Shown: positions 49,987 through 60,019 of the stretch, piece by piece
Layout: every line of letters starts with the position of its first letter
Position numbering within the stretch: position 1 is the stretch's first letter
Source: an uncultured delta proteobacterium
GTDB taxonomy: Bacteria; Desulfobacterota; Binatia; Binatales; Binataceae
Assembly: GCA_963765675.1 (NCBI GenBank)
Contig: CAVXXK010000003.1
Location: forward strand, 96,001-160,000
Direction: 5' to 3'
DNA length: 64,000 nt
Made by a program: the position numbers and the translations under genes
Notes under the pieces: model-generated
The model's database searches: none
What the model saw: only the letters and a program-made list of their open reading frames with translations
Told to the model about the DNA's origin: nothing

Positions 49987-50474
49987 GTTTCTTTCCTGAG
50001 CCGCGCCATCGCTGCGTCGAACTTAAGCGGCGTCGCGCGGCCCTGCAGCTCTCCGTCAATCGCGAGCGCCGGAGAGCAGGCGCAGTTGCCGAAGCAATAG
50101 ACCGCCTCGAAGGTGAACTCGCCGCTGTCGCTGGTCTGGCCGACTCTGGCGCCGATTGCGCGCGAAATATGATCCTCGAGCGCCGCGGAGCCCATCGCCT
50201 GGCATGATTCCGCGCGGCAGATGCGAATCACATGACGGCCCGGCGGCGCGGTGCGGAAGTCATGGTAGAAGCTCACCACGCCATGAACTTCGGCGCGGGA
50301 CAGATTCAGACCCGCCGCGATCAATGCTACCGCCTGACGCGGAATATAGCCGAAGCGGTGATTCACCTCGTGCAGAATCGGGAGCAGCGCTCCGGGCAAG
50401 TCGCGGCGCGCCGCGATGATCTCGTCAACGACGGCGGGATCGAAATCGGCCGGTGAAGATGAAAGCTTCTGCAT
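49983..50474 (-). CDS. fdsG: Formate dehydrogenase gamma subunit (NuoE-like)
   Basis: LLPILH, LNLSRAEVHGVVSFYHDF, CRAESC, VYCFGNCA. Confidence 0.92.
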   Translation of the reverse strand: MQKLSSSPADFDPAVVDEIIAARRDLPGALLPILHEVNHRFGYIPRQAVALIAAGLNLSRAEVHGVVSFYHDFRTAPPGRHVIRICRAESCQAMGSAALEDHISRAIGARVGQTSDSGEFTFEAVYCFGNCACSPALAIDGELQGRATPLKFDAAMARLRKET

Positions 50475-50539
50475 GGCACGCGGGCGGCGCGGAGCACCCG
50501 AAATCCAATTAACACGCCGGCGCGATAATTTGTACCGGC

Positions 50540-51343
50540 TTACCGCCGCGCAAAGTGATCCAGAAGCGCACGGCCCGCGCCCAGCCGAAATCGGCCCTTG
50601 AGCGCCGCGGTCACGTAGCGTTTGGCCGCGCGGACCGCCGCCTCGAGGTTCGTCCCGCGCGCCAGAGAGGCCGCGATCGCCGCCGAGAAAGCGCATCCCG
50701 TGCCGTGCGCTCCGCCGCCAGCAACACGCGCGGCACGCAGCTCGACGTAGCGATGGCCGTCGTACAGCAGATCGACGGACTCATCGCGCTGCGGCCGATG
50801 ACCTCCCTTGATTACGACCGCCCGCGCGCCCATCGCGACGATCTCCCGCGCGGCAGCGCGGACTGCCGCCGCGCTGTCGATCGTCAAACCGGTCAGCGCC
50901 TCGGCTTCGGCGATATTTGGAGTGATCACGCGGGCTAGCGGGACCAGATAACGACGCAGCGCGCGCTCGCCTGCGCGATCGAGCAGTCGCGCTCCGGCGC
51001 TCGAGACCATCACCGGATCGACCACAGGAGCGGGCAGCCGTAGCTCGCCGATCGCGCGCGCGACGGCGCGGACAATCGCCGCGTTTGCGAGCGCGCCGGT
51101 CTTGAGCGCGTCGGGCATTTTTTCCGCCGCGACGGCTTGGATCTGCGCGGCAACTATCGCGGGAGTAACAGACTGGATTCGCCCGACCGTCGAGCTGTTC
51201 TGCGCGATCACGGCGGTGACCGCGGAGTATCCGTAAACTCCTAACGCCGCGAAAACTTTCAGGTCGGCCTGGATTCCGGCGCCGCCGCCCGGATCGCTGC
51301 CCGCGATCGTCAGCGCGATTTGTCGTCCTGGTCGAGAAGGCAT
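50540..51343 (-). CDS. thiD: Hydroxymethylpyrimidine/phosphomethylpyrimidine kinase
   Basis: LTIAGSDPGGGAGIQADLK, VDPVM, TPNIAEA, IKGGH, HGTGC. Confidence 0.95.
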   Translation of the reverse strand: MPSRPGRQIALTIAGSDPGGGAGIQADLKVFAALGVYGYSAVTAVIAQNSSTVGRIQSVTPAIVAAQIQAVAAEKMPDALKTGALANAAIVRAVARAIGELRLPAPVVDPVMVSSAGARLLDRAGERALRRYLVPLARVITPNIAEAEALTGLTIDSAAAVRAAAREIVAMGARAVVIKGGHRPQRDESVDLLYDGHRYVELRAARVAGGGAHGTGCAFSAAIAASLARGTNLEAAVRAAKRYVTAALKGRFRLGAGRALLDHFARR

Positions 51344-51537
51344 CGGCGATGAATGACTTTAAGTTTTTCGAGCGGCTCGGCGGCGTCTGGAGGCGACTTA
51401 CAAACGATCACACTATAGCAGATTCGCAAACCGCGCGCGCCGGGTGGGGTGGATTGCTTGACGATCGAACCCAAGGGTATTTTGCCGGTCAGATCGTTAT
51501 CGTGCGCGACCGCTATGTCGCCAGACCGGCGATCGCT

Positions 51538-53253
51538 ATGGAAAATAAGTCACAAGCGGATTTTCTGCATCTGCCGTTCCAGGAGAAGCTCGAGTTCCTG
51601 TACGGATTGCCCGCGCGCACCAAGCGCGACCTGATACTCTCGGCGCCCGAGGCCGAGCGCCTGGTGCAATCGTTCTCGCCCGAAACGCTCTACTACACGC
51701 TCAAGGAGATCGGCTCCGCCGACGCGGGCGATCTGCTGAGCCTCGCGCTGCCCGAGCAGGTGCAATCGCTCTTCGACCTGGATTGCTGGAACAAGGATCG
51801 GCCAAACTTCGCGCGGATGCGCGAATGGATCGAAGCGCTGTCGGAAGCCGGACGCCGTCGCCTGGCCGACGGCTTGATGCAGCTCGACATGGAGATGGTG
51901 GCGCTGCTGCTGCGCGGCTATGTGAAGGTGCATCGCCTCGACGATCCCAACGCCGCCGAAGATCCTCCCTTCAACCGCTACGTCCAGTTCGACGAGCACT
52001 ACCTGATCGAGTTCATCCGCAACGACGCGATCACGCAGCACATCTCCGATTTTATCGAAGAGGCGTTCGAGCGCGACTACAACTATTTCGCCGGCGTGAT
52101 GGAGGAGATCTACTGGGGCGTTCAGGCCGAGCTCGAGGAAGAGGCCTATTCGTTCCGCAGCGCGCGCCTGGCCGACCGCGGATTTCCCGATTACTTCGAG
52201 GCGCAGGACGTTTTCGCGTATATCAATCCGCGCGAGTTCCTGAAAATTCGTGAACAGTATGACAAGCCGACCCGCGCCGATTTGCTCGACGAGCGCGACA
52301 TGCTGCCGCCGGAGATGGCGCCCGCGATCGCGGGATCCGACGGCTCGCTCTTCAACACCGCGCTGACCGCGGGATTCGCGGCGCACAGCAAGCGGCAGGT
52401 GCGCGCGGAGATGGCGATGGTCTCGAACCAGGTGCTGATGGCGCGTGCGGTCGATTTCGGCGATCTGGACGCGGTCCGCGTCGCGGTCGAGATGACGCAT
52501 AACTATCTGAATCTCGGGCTCGAGAATCTGGCGGGCGGCGACCTGGACACCGCGATCGAGCATCTGCGCGATACGCATCTGAAGCTTCTGTTCCGCCTCG
52601 GTGTCAGCCTGACGATCGATTTGCGCAAGCGCGCCGAGGAATCGCTCGCGCGCCTCGGCTTCGCTGGCGGCAGGACGGTCGAGGTCGCGTTCCTGGATTC
52701 TCCGTATCGCGAGGCGCTGACCGGAATCGCGCAGCGCCAGCCGCGCTTTTACGCGGCGCTCGACGGCAAGGGCTCGGTCGAGATGCGCGACTTCCGGACG
52801 ATGCGCGATCTGCATCTGGGCTACGCGATGCTCGATCAGATCGACGCGGCGCGGCCGCTGTTCCGCGCGCTGCTCGAAATCGATATCGGGAGTCCGGGCT
52901 TCCGCGCGTCAGTCGCGGCGCGCGAGATTCGGTTGAGCCAGATTCTGCTGACCGCGTTCGCACGCGCCGCGCTCGATGGAGCGCTCACTCCAGAGCCGAT
53001 CGAGTCTTCGAGATTGACAGCGATGCGCGACGTTCTGATGACCTATCGCGGTGGAATCGGCAAGCTGAGTGAGGCGCTACACGAGTTGGTTGCGAGGGCG
53101 GTAGCAGAGCGGCTGGATGAATCCGAGCGCAACGCGGGCGCGGAGTTCCTGAACTCGTGCCTGAACGTGTTCGAAGAAGAGTTCGCCAGCCTGGGCGCCG
53201 AGCGCGAAATCGATCCGCGCTTCATCCGCAGCGTACTAATCAAACGCGGCTGA
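51538..53253 (+). CDS. DUF6178-like conserved protein (ORF open from 51349)
   Basis: EIG..DA..LL.LA.PEQ....DLDCW, ELEEEAY.FR.ARLAD.GFPD, LNLGLE, LFRLG, IDPRF. Confidence 0.7.
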   Translation: MENKSQADFLHLPFQEKLEFLYGLPARTKRDLILSAPEAERLVQSFSPETLYYTLKEIGSADAGDLLSLALPEQVQSLFDLDCWNKDRPNFARMREWIEALSEAGRRRLADGLMQLDMEMVALLLRGYVKVHRLDDPNAAEDPPFNRYVQFDEHYLIEFIRNDAITQHISDFIEEAFERDYNYFAGVMEEIYWGVQAELEEEAYSFRSARLADRGFPDYFEAQDVFAYINPREFLKIREQYDKPTRADLLDERDMLPPEMAPAIAGSDGSLFNTALTAGFAAHSKRQVRAEMAMVSNQVLMARAVDFGDLDAVRVAVEMTHNYLNLGLENLAGGDLDTAIEHLRDTHLKLLFRLGVSLTIDLRKRAEESLARLGFAGGRTVEVAFLDSPYREALTGIAQRQPRFYAALDGKGSVEMRDFRTMRDLHLGYAMLDQIDAARPLFRALLEIDIGSPGFRASVAAREIRLSQILLTAFARAALDGALTPEPIESSRLTAMRDVLMTYRGGIGKLSEALHELVARAVAERLDESERNAGAEFLNSCLNVFEEEFASLGAEREIDPRFIRSVLIKRG

Positions 53254-53304
53254 GGCGCCGCCGCAATCTTCCGGCTCGATTCCCTCTCCCGCCGTCATTT
53301 CCCG

Positions 53305-53370
53305 CCTGGGAACGCCAATCTCCCGATTGGCGTCTTTCCGCCCGCCAATCGGGAGATTGGCGTTCCCGGG
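53305..53370. repeat. REP doublet hairpin between convergent genes
   Basis: 28-bp arms (1 mismatch), each containing the palindrome cgccaatc-N4-gattggcg. Confidence 0.8.
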
Positions 53371-54195
53371 TCAGCGTGCGATCGTGATCGTTCGTTGCGT
53401 GCCGGCGCGGTCGAGCGTGATCGCGATGGGTCCGGTGCTTTTCGCGGTATCGATATCGGCGCTGAAGTCTGACGCTTGCGTCACTGCGCGCGAATCTACC
53501 CGGGTCACGATATCGCCGCGGGTTACTCCCGCGTGCTCGGCTGCCGGCGTCGTGTCTGCCACCAGCACTCCGCTTCCGGAGGGGAGACTGAATGCGGCGG
53601 CGAGCGCGGGAGTCAGATCCTGGACGGTGATTCCGAGCGCGGTCACGACGCGCGGTCCCTGCTCTACGGGCGGCCGCTCGGCGAGACTCGCATGGGGCGC
53701 ATTGACGAACAGCGGCGCGGCGACATAGATCGGCGCGCCGGTATCCATCGCGAGCGCAATCGCGTCGCTCGGGCGGCTGTCGATCGTGTACTTGCCGGCG
53801 TCCATGAAAATTTTCGCGTAGTAGATCTCGCCGCGAAGATTGGAAATCTCGACCCGGTCGATCCGATTACCGGTCTGGCTGATTACCGTGCCGAGCAGAT
53901 TGTCGGTCAGCGGACGCGGCGGCTTGACCCCGCGCAGCGAGAGCAGGATCGACTGCGCTTCGACGTTGCCGATGAGGATCGGAAGCTCGCGCTGATTGCC
54001 TGAATCGACCAGGAGCACGAAGTGCGCTTGCGCTTCCTCGTCGAAGCCGACCGTCGCGACTGTGACCCGCACGGCGTCGGGGCTGCGGGTCGAAGAAGTA
54101 CTTCCCGGCGCCGCCGCATGCTGCCCGCACGCACATGCCGCGAGGGTCGCGGCAACGATCAGCAGGCATAGATGACGCCCTGCGAATGCTCGCAT
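53371..54195 (-). CDS. DUF151 (bifunctional nuclease) domain fused to PDZ, with lipoprotein-like signal
   Basis: LAACAC N-terminus; LPILIG..EA, RPLT, YYAKI, IDSRPSDAIALA; PDZ LGITVQDL...GVLV...AGVTRGDIVTRVD. Confidence 0.82.
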   Translation of the reverse strand: MRAFAGRHLCLLIVAATLAACACGQHAAAPGSTSSTRSPDAVRVTVATVGFDEEAQAHFVLLVDSGNQRELPILIGNVEAQSILLSLRGVKPPRPLTDNLLGTVISQTGNRIDRVEISNLRGEIYYAKIFMDAGKYTIDSRPSDAIALAMDTGAPIYVAAPLFVNAPHASLAERPPVEQGPRVVTALGITVQDLTPALAAAFSLPSGSGVLVADTTPAAEHAGVTRGDIVTRVDSRAVTQASDFSADIDTAKSTGPIAITLDRAGTQRTITIAR

Positions 54196-54205
54196 GAGCA
54201 TCAGG

Positions 54206-54823
54206 TTACGCGCGCGGCGCCCCGGATGCCAAGCGGCGGAAGCCTTTTGCGATTATGTACAGCTCGGAGGAGCCGGGGCGGGTCGCGGTGGTGCGGGTTA
54301 CTTCGACGCGGGCGAAGTCGCGCTCGATTTCGGCGACGATATCTTTGAACTCCGAGCCCATGAAGACCTTGGCGACCATCGCGGCGCCCGGCCTCAGCAC
54401 TCGCCGCGCGAAATCCCGCGCCGCGAACATCAACTCGCGCGAGGCCGCGGTATCGCGCGCCGCGATTCCTGTGAGCTTCGGCGCGAGGTCACTCGTCACC
54501 AGGTCCGCAGCGCCGCCGAGCTCTGCGATCACGCGCTCCACGATCGCAGGGTCAAGAATGTCGCCAGTGATCACGGTGACGCCGGCCGGGACGCTCGAGC
54601 ATCGCGCGAGATCGACGCCGACAATCCGTCCCGACGGACCCGCGGCGCGCGCCAGGATCGCGAGCCATCCTCCGGGAGCGCATCCGAGGTCGGCGACTCG
54701 CGCGCCTCGAGCCACCAGTTTCGCGCGCGCGATCAGCTCCTCGATCTTGAACGCCGCGCGCGACGGCAGGCCGCGCTCGCGCGCCTTGCGATAGTACTTG
54801 TCGCGCGGCTCGTAGGTGGCCAT
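54206..54823 (-). CDS. rlmE: 23S rRNA Um2552 methyltransferase
   Basis: DKYYRKA...SRAAFKIEE, DLGCAPGGW, SDLAP, KVFMG, SSELY. Confidence 0.93.
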   Translation of the reverse strand: MATYEPRDKYYRKARERGLPSRAAFKIEELIARAKLVARGARVADLGCAPGGWLAILARAAGPSGRIVGVDLARCSSVPAGVTVITGDILDPAIVERVIAELGGAADLVTSDLAPKLTGIAARDTAASRELMFAARDFARRVLRPGAAMVAKVFMGSEFKDIVAEIERDFARVEVTRTTATRPGSSELYIIAKGFRRLASGAPRA

Positions 54824-54921
54824 CGAATTATCGCGCGAGGAAAATTCCGTCGCGCGGTTTGATCCGCGCGTCCGAGCCGGTATTCTGATGGGCTCTGCGA
54901 ACTGATTGTGTCGAAGTAAGC

Positions 54922-57111
54922 GTGATGCCGTCCATCAATCTTGACGATCTCAATCCTGAACAACGCGCCGCGGTGGTCGCCGAGCCCGGACCGATCCTGA
55001 TTCTGGCCGGCGCCGGCTCGGGCAAGACCCGCGTGCTCACTTACCGTATCGCCCACCTGATGGAGGCGCGCAAGGCCGCGCCCGAGGCGCTGCTCGCGGT
55101 CACGTTCACCAACAAGGCCGCGGCCGAGATGCGCGAGCGGGTGGCGGCTCTTATCGGCGAAGATACGCGCGCGCCGTGGGTGAGCACGTTCCATTCCGCA
55201 TGCGCTCGAATCCTGCGCTATGAAGGCAGCGCACTCGGATTCGATCGCAACTTTTCAATCCTCGACGAGGGCGATTCGTCCGCCGTGATGCGCCGGGTGC
55301 TCGAGGACGCGATGCTCGCCGACTCGCCGCCGGTGGAGGTTCTGCGCGCGCGAATCGAGCAGGCCAAGAACGAGGCGATCTCGCCGGCCGCGATAGCCGA
55401 GCGCGCCGAAAGTGATCGCGACAAGCGAATCGCCGAGTTGTATGCGCTTTATCAAAAGCGGCTGCTCGCGATGAACGCGATGGATTTTTCCGATCTGCAG
55501 ATGAACGTATGGACGCTGTTCGAGCAGCATCCGGAGGTCCTGGAAAAATGGCAGCGCCGCGCCGCGCATCTGCTGGTGGACGAATACCAGGACACCAATC
55601 GCGTGCAGTACCTGCTGGTGCGCGCGCTTGCGCAGCGCTCGGGGAGCTTGTGCGTCGTCGGCGACGAGGACCAGTCGATCTATCGATGGCGCGGCGCCGA
55701 TATCCGCAACATCCTCGACTTCGAGCGCGATTATCCCGAGGCGCAGATCTTCAAGCTCGAGCAGAATTATCGCTCGACCAAAACGATCCTCGCGGTGGCG
55801 GCCGGCGTGATCCGCAACAACACCGAGCGCAAGGACAAAACCCTCTGGACCGAAAATGAAGCCGGCGAGCCGGTGGTCTATTTCACCGGGATGACCGAGC
55901 GCGAGGAAGGCGATTTTATCGCGCGCGAGATCGCGCGCTTGATCGCCGAGGGCGGCCTGCGCCCGATGGACTTCGTCGTCTTCTACCGCACCAACGCGCA
56001 GTCGCGCGTGATCGAAGAGGCGCTCGTGCGCCGCCGGATTCCCTACTACATCGTTGGCGGCGTGCGCTTTTACGAACAGCGCGACGTCAAGGATCTGCTC
56101 GCCTACCTGCGCGTGCTCGCGAATCCTGCGGACGCCGTGAGCCTGGAGCGGATGGTGGCGACGCCGCCGCGCGGAATCGGCGCCAAGACCGTCGAGGCGA
56201 TAAACCAGATCGCCGCGCGCGAAAATATCACCGCGTTCGAAGCGCTCGGACGGCTCGAGACCGTGTCCGTCGTCGCGCTCAGAATCGCCAAATCCGCCGG
56301 CGCGCTTTATTCATGGATGCGCGATCTGGCGACGCGCGCGGGCTCGATCTCCGTGCGCGAGATCGTCGCCGAGGTCGTGCGCCACTCCGGCTTCGAGCCT
56401 TATCTCGACGGACTGGTTGACGCGGCCGCGCGCAAGCAGAATCTCGCCGAGCTGCTTACGGCGGCGGGCGCGTTCGACGCGGAGAATTCCGGCGGCGGAC
56501 TCGCGGAGTTCCTCGAGCGTGTGGCGCTCGTCAACGACGCCGACCAGGTCTCCGGAGCGTCGGGCCGCGCGGCGCTGATGACGCTGCATACGTCGAAGGG
56601 TCTCGAATATCCGGTCGTGTTTATCGCCGGGATGGAAGAGGGACTGTTCCCGCACAGCCGCTCGGCCGACACTCCCGACGAAATCGAAGAAGAACGCAGG
56701 CTTTGCTACGTCGGGATGACGCGGGCGCGGCGGATGCTCTATCTGACCAACACACTCTCGCGCGAGCTTTACGGAAGACGCGACGAGCCGCGCCCCTCGC
56801 GCTTTCTGGCCGAGATCGACGGCGGACTTCTGCGCCGGATCGCGCCCGAGCGCGAGCGCCCTGTCCTGCGCGCTCCCGCCGAGCTGAATCGTCCATACGT
56901 CGACTACAGCGACAGCCAACTCTCCGACGAGGAAGCTGGCGACGGCGCGCTCGCGATCGGCGCGCGCGTGATACATCCGACCTTCGGCCGCGGCGTCGTG
57001 CGCCGTCGCGAGGGGCGCGGCGACGGCGCAAAGGCGTGGGTGAATTTTGATCGCGCGGGAGTCAAGTTGCTGGTGCTGAAATTCGCCAATCTAAAGCCGA
57101 TTGCCGACTAG
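54922..57111 (+). CDS. pcrA: UvrD/PcrA DNA helicase
   Basis: LNPEQ, AGAGSGKT, TFTNKAA, VDEYQDTN, GDEDQSIYRWRGA, LEQNYRST, TLHTSKGLEY, EERRLCYVGMTRA; Tudor-like C-terminus. Confidence 0.95.
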   Translation: MMPSINLDDLNPEQRAAVVAEPGPILILAGAGSGKTRVLTYRIAHLMEARKAAPEALLAVTFTNKAAAEMRERVAALIGEDTRAPWVSTFHSACARILRYEGSALGFDRNFSILDEGDSSAVMRRVLEDAMLADSPPVEVLRARIEQAKNEAISPAAIAERAESDRDKRIAELYALYQKRLLAMNAMDFSDLQMNVWTLFEQHPEVLEKWQRRAAHLLVDEYQDTNRVQYLLVRALAQRSGSLCVVGDEDQSIYRWRGADIRNILDFERDYPEAQIFKLEQNYRSTKTILAVAAGVIRNNTERKDKTLWTENEAGEPVVYFTGMTEREEGDFIAREIARLIAEGGLRPMDFVVFYRTNAQSRVIEEALVRRRIPYYIVGGVRFYEQRDVKDLLAYLRVLANPADAVSLERMVATPPRGIGAKTVEAINQIAARENITAFEALGRLETVSVVALRIAKSAGALYSWMRDLATRAGSISVREIVAEVVRHSGFEPYLDGLVDAAARKQNLAELLTAAGAFDAENSGGGLAEFLERVALVNDADQVSGASGRAALMTLHTSKGLEYPVVFIAGMEEGLFPHSRSADTPDEIEEERRLCYVGMTRARRMLYLTNTLSRELYGRRDEPRPSRFLAEIDGGLLRRIAPERERPVLRAPAELNRPYVDYSDSQLSDEEAGDGALAIGARVIHPTFGRGVVRRREGRGDGAKAWVNFDRAGVKLLVLKFANLKPIAD

Positions 57112-57144
57112 GCGTTCTTCCCCTACAATTTTGAGGGCTGGGGT

Positions 57145-58263
57145 TTGATTGGCGAGGCGGCGGCGGAAGCCCGATTGCGCGATTCATTGAAGTACCGAAC
57201 ACATAATCAGTTTCGATGGCTCGCGGCCGCGCTGTGCCTGGTCGTCGTGGCATGGTCGGCCCCGCGCATCGCGCATGGATGGACCGACTCGGAATTCGAA
57301 AAGCGTCCGCTCTATGCGTATCCGCTGCCGCACGGCCGCGACAATATCATCGGCAATCTGATCACCTATCAAATCCAGAAGGGCGACACGCTGCTTGATG
57401 TCGGGCGATGGTTCGGCGTGACGGCAACGGAAATTTCCGCGGCCAACGGCAAGATCGACTGGTGGACGCCGCCGGTCGGCAAGAACATCATCCTGCCCGA
57501 CGAATATATTCTTCCCGATACTCCGCACGTCGGAATAATTCTGAATATCCCCGAGATGCGGATTTACTATTACTATCCGTCGCCGATCGGACCGGTTCTC
57601 GGCGGCAGGAGAAAGCTCAAGAAAGCCGGTTTCAAGACCGGATCGGCGGCGCGCCACGAAGCGCATAGCGGGATACATCCGGATGTCGTTTACACCTTTC
57701 CGGTCGGGCTCGGCCGCTTCGACTGGAAAACTCCTCTCGGCGCATTCACCGTGCGCGGCAAAACCAAGGAGCCCACCTGGGTCGTCCCGCAGGACATTTA
57801 CGAAGAGCATCTCGAGCGCGACGGCGAGGCCGAGCACATGATTCCCGGAGGTGACCCGGACAATCCTCTCGGCCACTATCGCCTCGAACTGACGCTGCCC
57901 GAATATGCCCTGCACGGCACCAACGTTCCGTGGGGCGTCGGGATGGAAGTCAGCCACGGATGCGTCCGGCTATATCCCGAAGATATCGAGCGGCTGTTCA
58001 ACAAGGTCAAGGTCGGCACGCCGGGCGAATTCGTCTATCAGCCGATCAAATTCGGATGGCGCGGCGACGCATTATACGTCCAGGTGTACGACGACCTGTA
58101 CGGCGTCTATCCGGGCCTGTGGGCGCATGCGCAGGACGAGATCAAGCGCCTTGGCATCGAGGATCAGGTCGATCTGCAGAAGCTCGAGAAAGCGGTCGAG
58201 GGCAAGACCGGAATTCCAACCTACGTAATGCCCGGCGACCCTCCGCCCGGCTCCGCAAGCTGA
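57145..58263 (+). CDS. L,D-transpeptidase (ErfK/YcfS/YnhG) with LysM (start uncertain)
   Basis: KGDTLLD LysM, NIPEMRIYY, PVGLGR, PTWVVP, PDNPLG, HGTN...SHGCVRL. Confidence 0.92.
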   Translation: MIGEAAAEARLRDSLKYRTHNQFRWLAAALCLVVVAWSAPRIAHGWTDSEFEKRPLYAYPLPHGRDNIIGNLITYQIQKGDTLLDVGRWFGVTATEISAANGKIDWWTPPVGKNIILPDEYILPDTPHVGIILNIPEMRIYYYYPSPIGPVLGGRRKLKKAGFKTGSAARHEAHSGIHPDVVYTFPVGLGRFDWKTPLGAFTVRGKTKEPTWVVPQDIYEEHLERDGEAEHMIPGGDPDNPLGHYRLELTLPEYALHGTNVPWGVGMEVSHGCVRLYPEDIERLFNKVKVGTPGEFVYQPIKFGWRGDALYVQVYDDLYGVYPGLWAHAQDEIKRLGIEDQVDLQKLEKAVEGKTGIPTYVMPGDPPPGSAS

Positions 58264-58347
58264 CCTCTGCGCGAGGCATATAGCTTTGATTTTCTAAACG
58301 GTGGGTCGTCAGATTTCCTCTCTTACATTGTTTCCGCTCGTTCACCG

Positions 58348-58682
58348 TGTCATTCCCGCGCGCGTGGCTGCCGTGCGCGAGAGCCTGTCCTGAGCAACGC
58401 CGAAGGAAATCCCGGACGACGGTTCGCTGCACACGGACGGTAGCGCGGAGCATGGCCGCCTCGGGATTTCTCCCTTCGGTCGAAATGACGAATGCGGGTT
58501 TGGCGGATGAGTACCATAGTTTCAGCACAGCCCCCGATCGTCATTCCGAGCCATAGGCGAGGAATCCCGAGACGTCCATGCTCCGAGTCTACATCCCATG
58601 CAGTGCCCTCTCGTCCGGGATTTCCTTCGGCGTTGCTCAGGACAGGCTCTCGCGCACGGCAGCCACGCGCGCGGGAATGACA
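58348..58682. mobile_element. 335-bp REPIN/MITE-like element with 72-bp perfect terminal inverted repeats
   Basis: 58348-58419 is the exact reverse complement of 58611-58682; homologous to 63388-63662 in opposite orientation. Confidence 0.8.
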
Positions 58683-58809
58683 ACCCACTGCGCAGGCGAC
58701 CCGCCTTGCTCCGGTTTTGGGCTATCCCCTATACTCCTGCGGGCGCCCAAGAATTCGCCGCGACGCCATCACGTACTGACTCCAAGAGAGATCGAAGGCG
58801 CAAGATCGA

Positions 58810-59991
58810 ATGCGACAGGTAGCTTTTCATCGCCCGTCAATTGGTCCTGAAGAAGAACGCGAGGTTCTGGATACCCTGCGCTCCGGATGGATCACCACCG
58901 GGCCCAAGGCGAAGCGCTTCGAAAAGGAATTCGCCGAATACGTCGGCGCGCGCAATGCGCTCGCAGTCGCGCACTGCACGGGTGCGCTGCATCTGTCGCT
59001 GTGGGCGATGGGCCTAAAGCCCGGCGACGAGGTTATCACCACTCCGTTTACCTTCACCGCGACCGCCGAAGTGATGGGCTACCTTGGCGTGCGGCCGGTT
59101 TTCTGCGACGTCGATCCGGGCACTTTCAATCTTAATCCTGCGCGCGTCGAGGAAGCGCTCGAGGGCGGCAGTCATCCGCGCGTCAAGGCGATTTTGCCGG
59201 TGCATTTCGCGGGTCATCCGTGCGACATGGATCGGCTGATGAAGATCTCGCGCGAATACAATCTCAAGATGATCGAAGATGCCGCCCACGCCGCCGGCGC
59301 CGCGCGCCACATGGACGGACGCGGGATGGCGAAGATCGGCACGATCGGAGATCTGACCTGCTTCAGCTTTTACGCAACCAAGAATTTCACCACCGCCGAA
59401 GGCGGGATGATCACGACCGAAGACGACGAGCTTGCCGAAAAGATCGCGGTCGCGAGCCTGCACGGAATGAACAAGGACGCGTGGAAGCGCTACGACAAGA
59501 GCGGCTCGTGGTTCTACGAAATCCACGACCTGGGCTTCAAGTACAATCTGTCCGACGTTCACGCCGCGATCGGAGTGGCGCAGCTCAAGCGCGCCGGCGA
59601 ATTCATGCGCCGGCGCACCGAGATCGCCCGTCGCTACAACGACGCGCTAAAGGGAATCGAAGCGCTGCAGACGCCTTACTCCGAAGCCGGCATCGAGCAC
59701 GCGTGGCATCTCTATGTGCTCCGCCTGCGGCCCGAGTTGCTGCGCGTCGGACGCGCGCAGTTCGTCGAGGCGCTGCGCGAGCGCGGGGTCGGCGTCTCGG
59801 TCCACTGCATCCCGCTGCATACGATGCACTATTACCAGGACGCGTACGGATACCGCACCGGAGATTTTCCGGTCGCCGAAGATATCTACAGCCGTTGCCT
59901 GTCGCTGCCGATTTACGCCTCGATGACCGACGCGGATATCGACTACGTGATCGAAACCGTCAAATCGATCGAGCGCGAAACCCGCCGCTGA
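58810..59991 (+). CDS. DegT/DnrJ/EryC1/StrS PLP aminotransferase (ArnB-like)
   Basis: [45 protein letters not shown]. Confidence 0.93.
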   Translation: MRQVAFHRPSIGPEEEREVLDTLRSGWITTGPKAKRFEKEFAEYVGARNALAVAHCTGALHLSLWAMGLKPGDEVITTPFTFTATAEVMGYLGVRPVFCDVDPGTFNLNPARVEEALEGGSHPRVKAILPVHFAGHPCDMDRLMKISREYNLKMIEDAAHAAGAARHMDGRGMAKIGTIGDLTCFSFYATKNFTTAEGGMITTEDDELAEKIAVASLHGMNKDAWKRYDKSGSWFYEIHDLGFKYNLSDVHAAIGVAQLKRAGEFMRRRTEIARRYNDALKGIEALQTPYSEAGIEHAWHLYVLRLRPELLRVGRAQFVEALRERGVGVSVHCIPLHTMHYYQDAYGYRTGDFPVAEDIYSRCLSLPIYASMTDADIDYVIETVKSIERETRR

Positions 59992-60019
59992 TACGCGGCG
60001 CAAGCCAAGGAGGCTCCAC

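Noticed and set aside
51344-51540. TPP riboswitch upstream of thiD (or thiE)
   Set aside because: No CUGAGA / AUACCUG-type core recognisable
58348-58682. Possible CRISPR array
   Set aside because: The repeats are inverted and nested, not direct repeats with unique spacers; no cas genes
58142-58850. Short ORFs with repeated peptides (GFPSALLRTGSRARQPRARE) here and at 63243-63897
   Set aside because: They are translations of the palindromic repeat elements, not proteins
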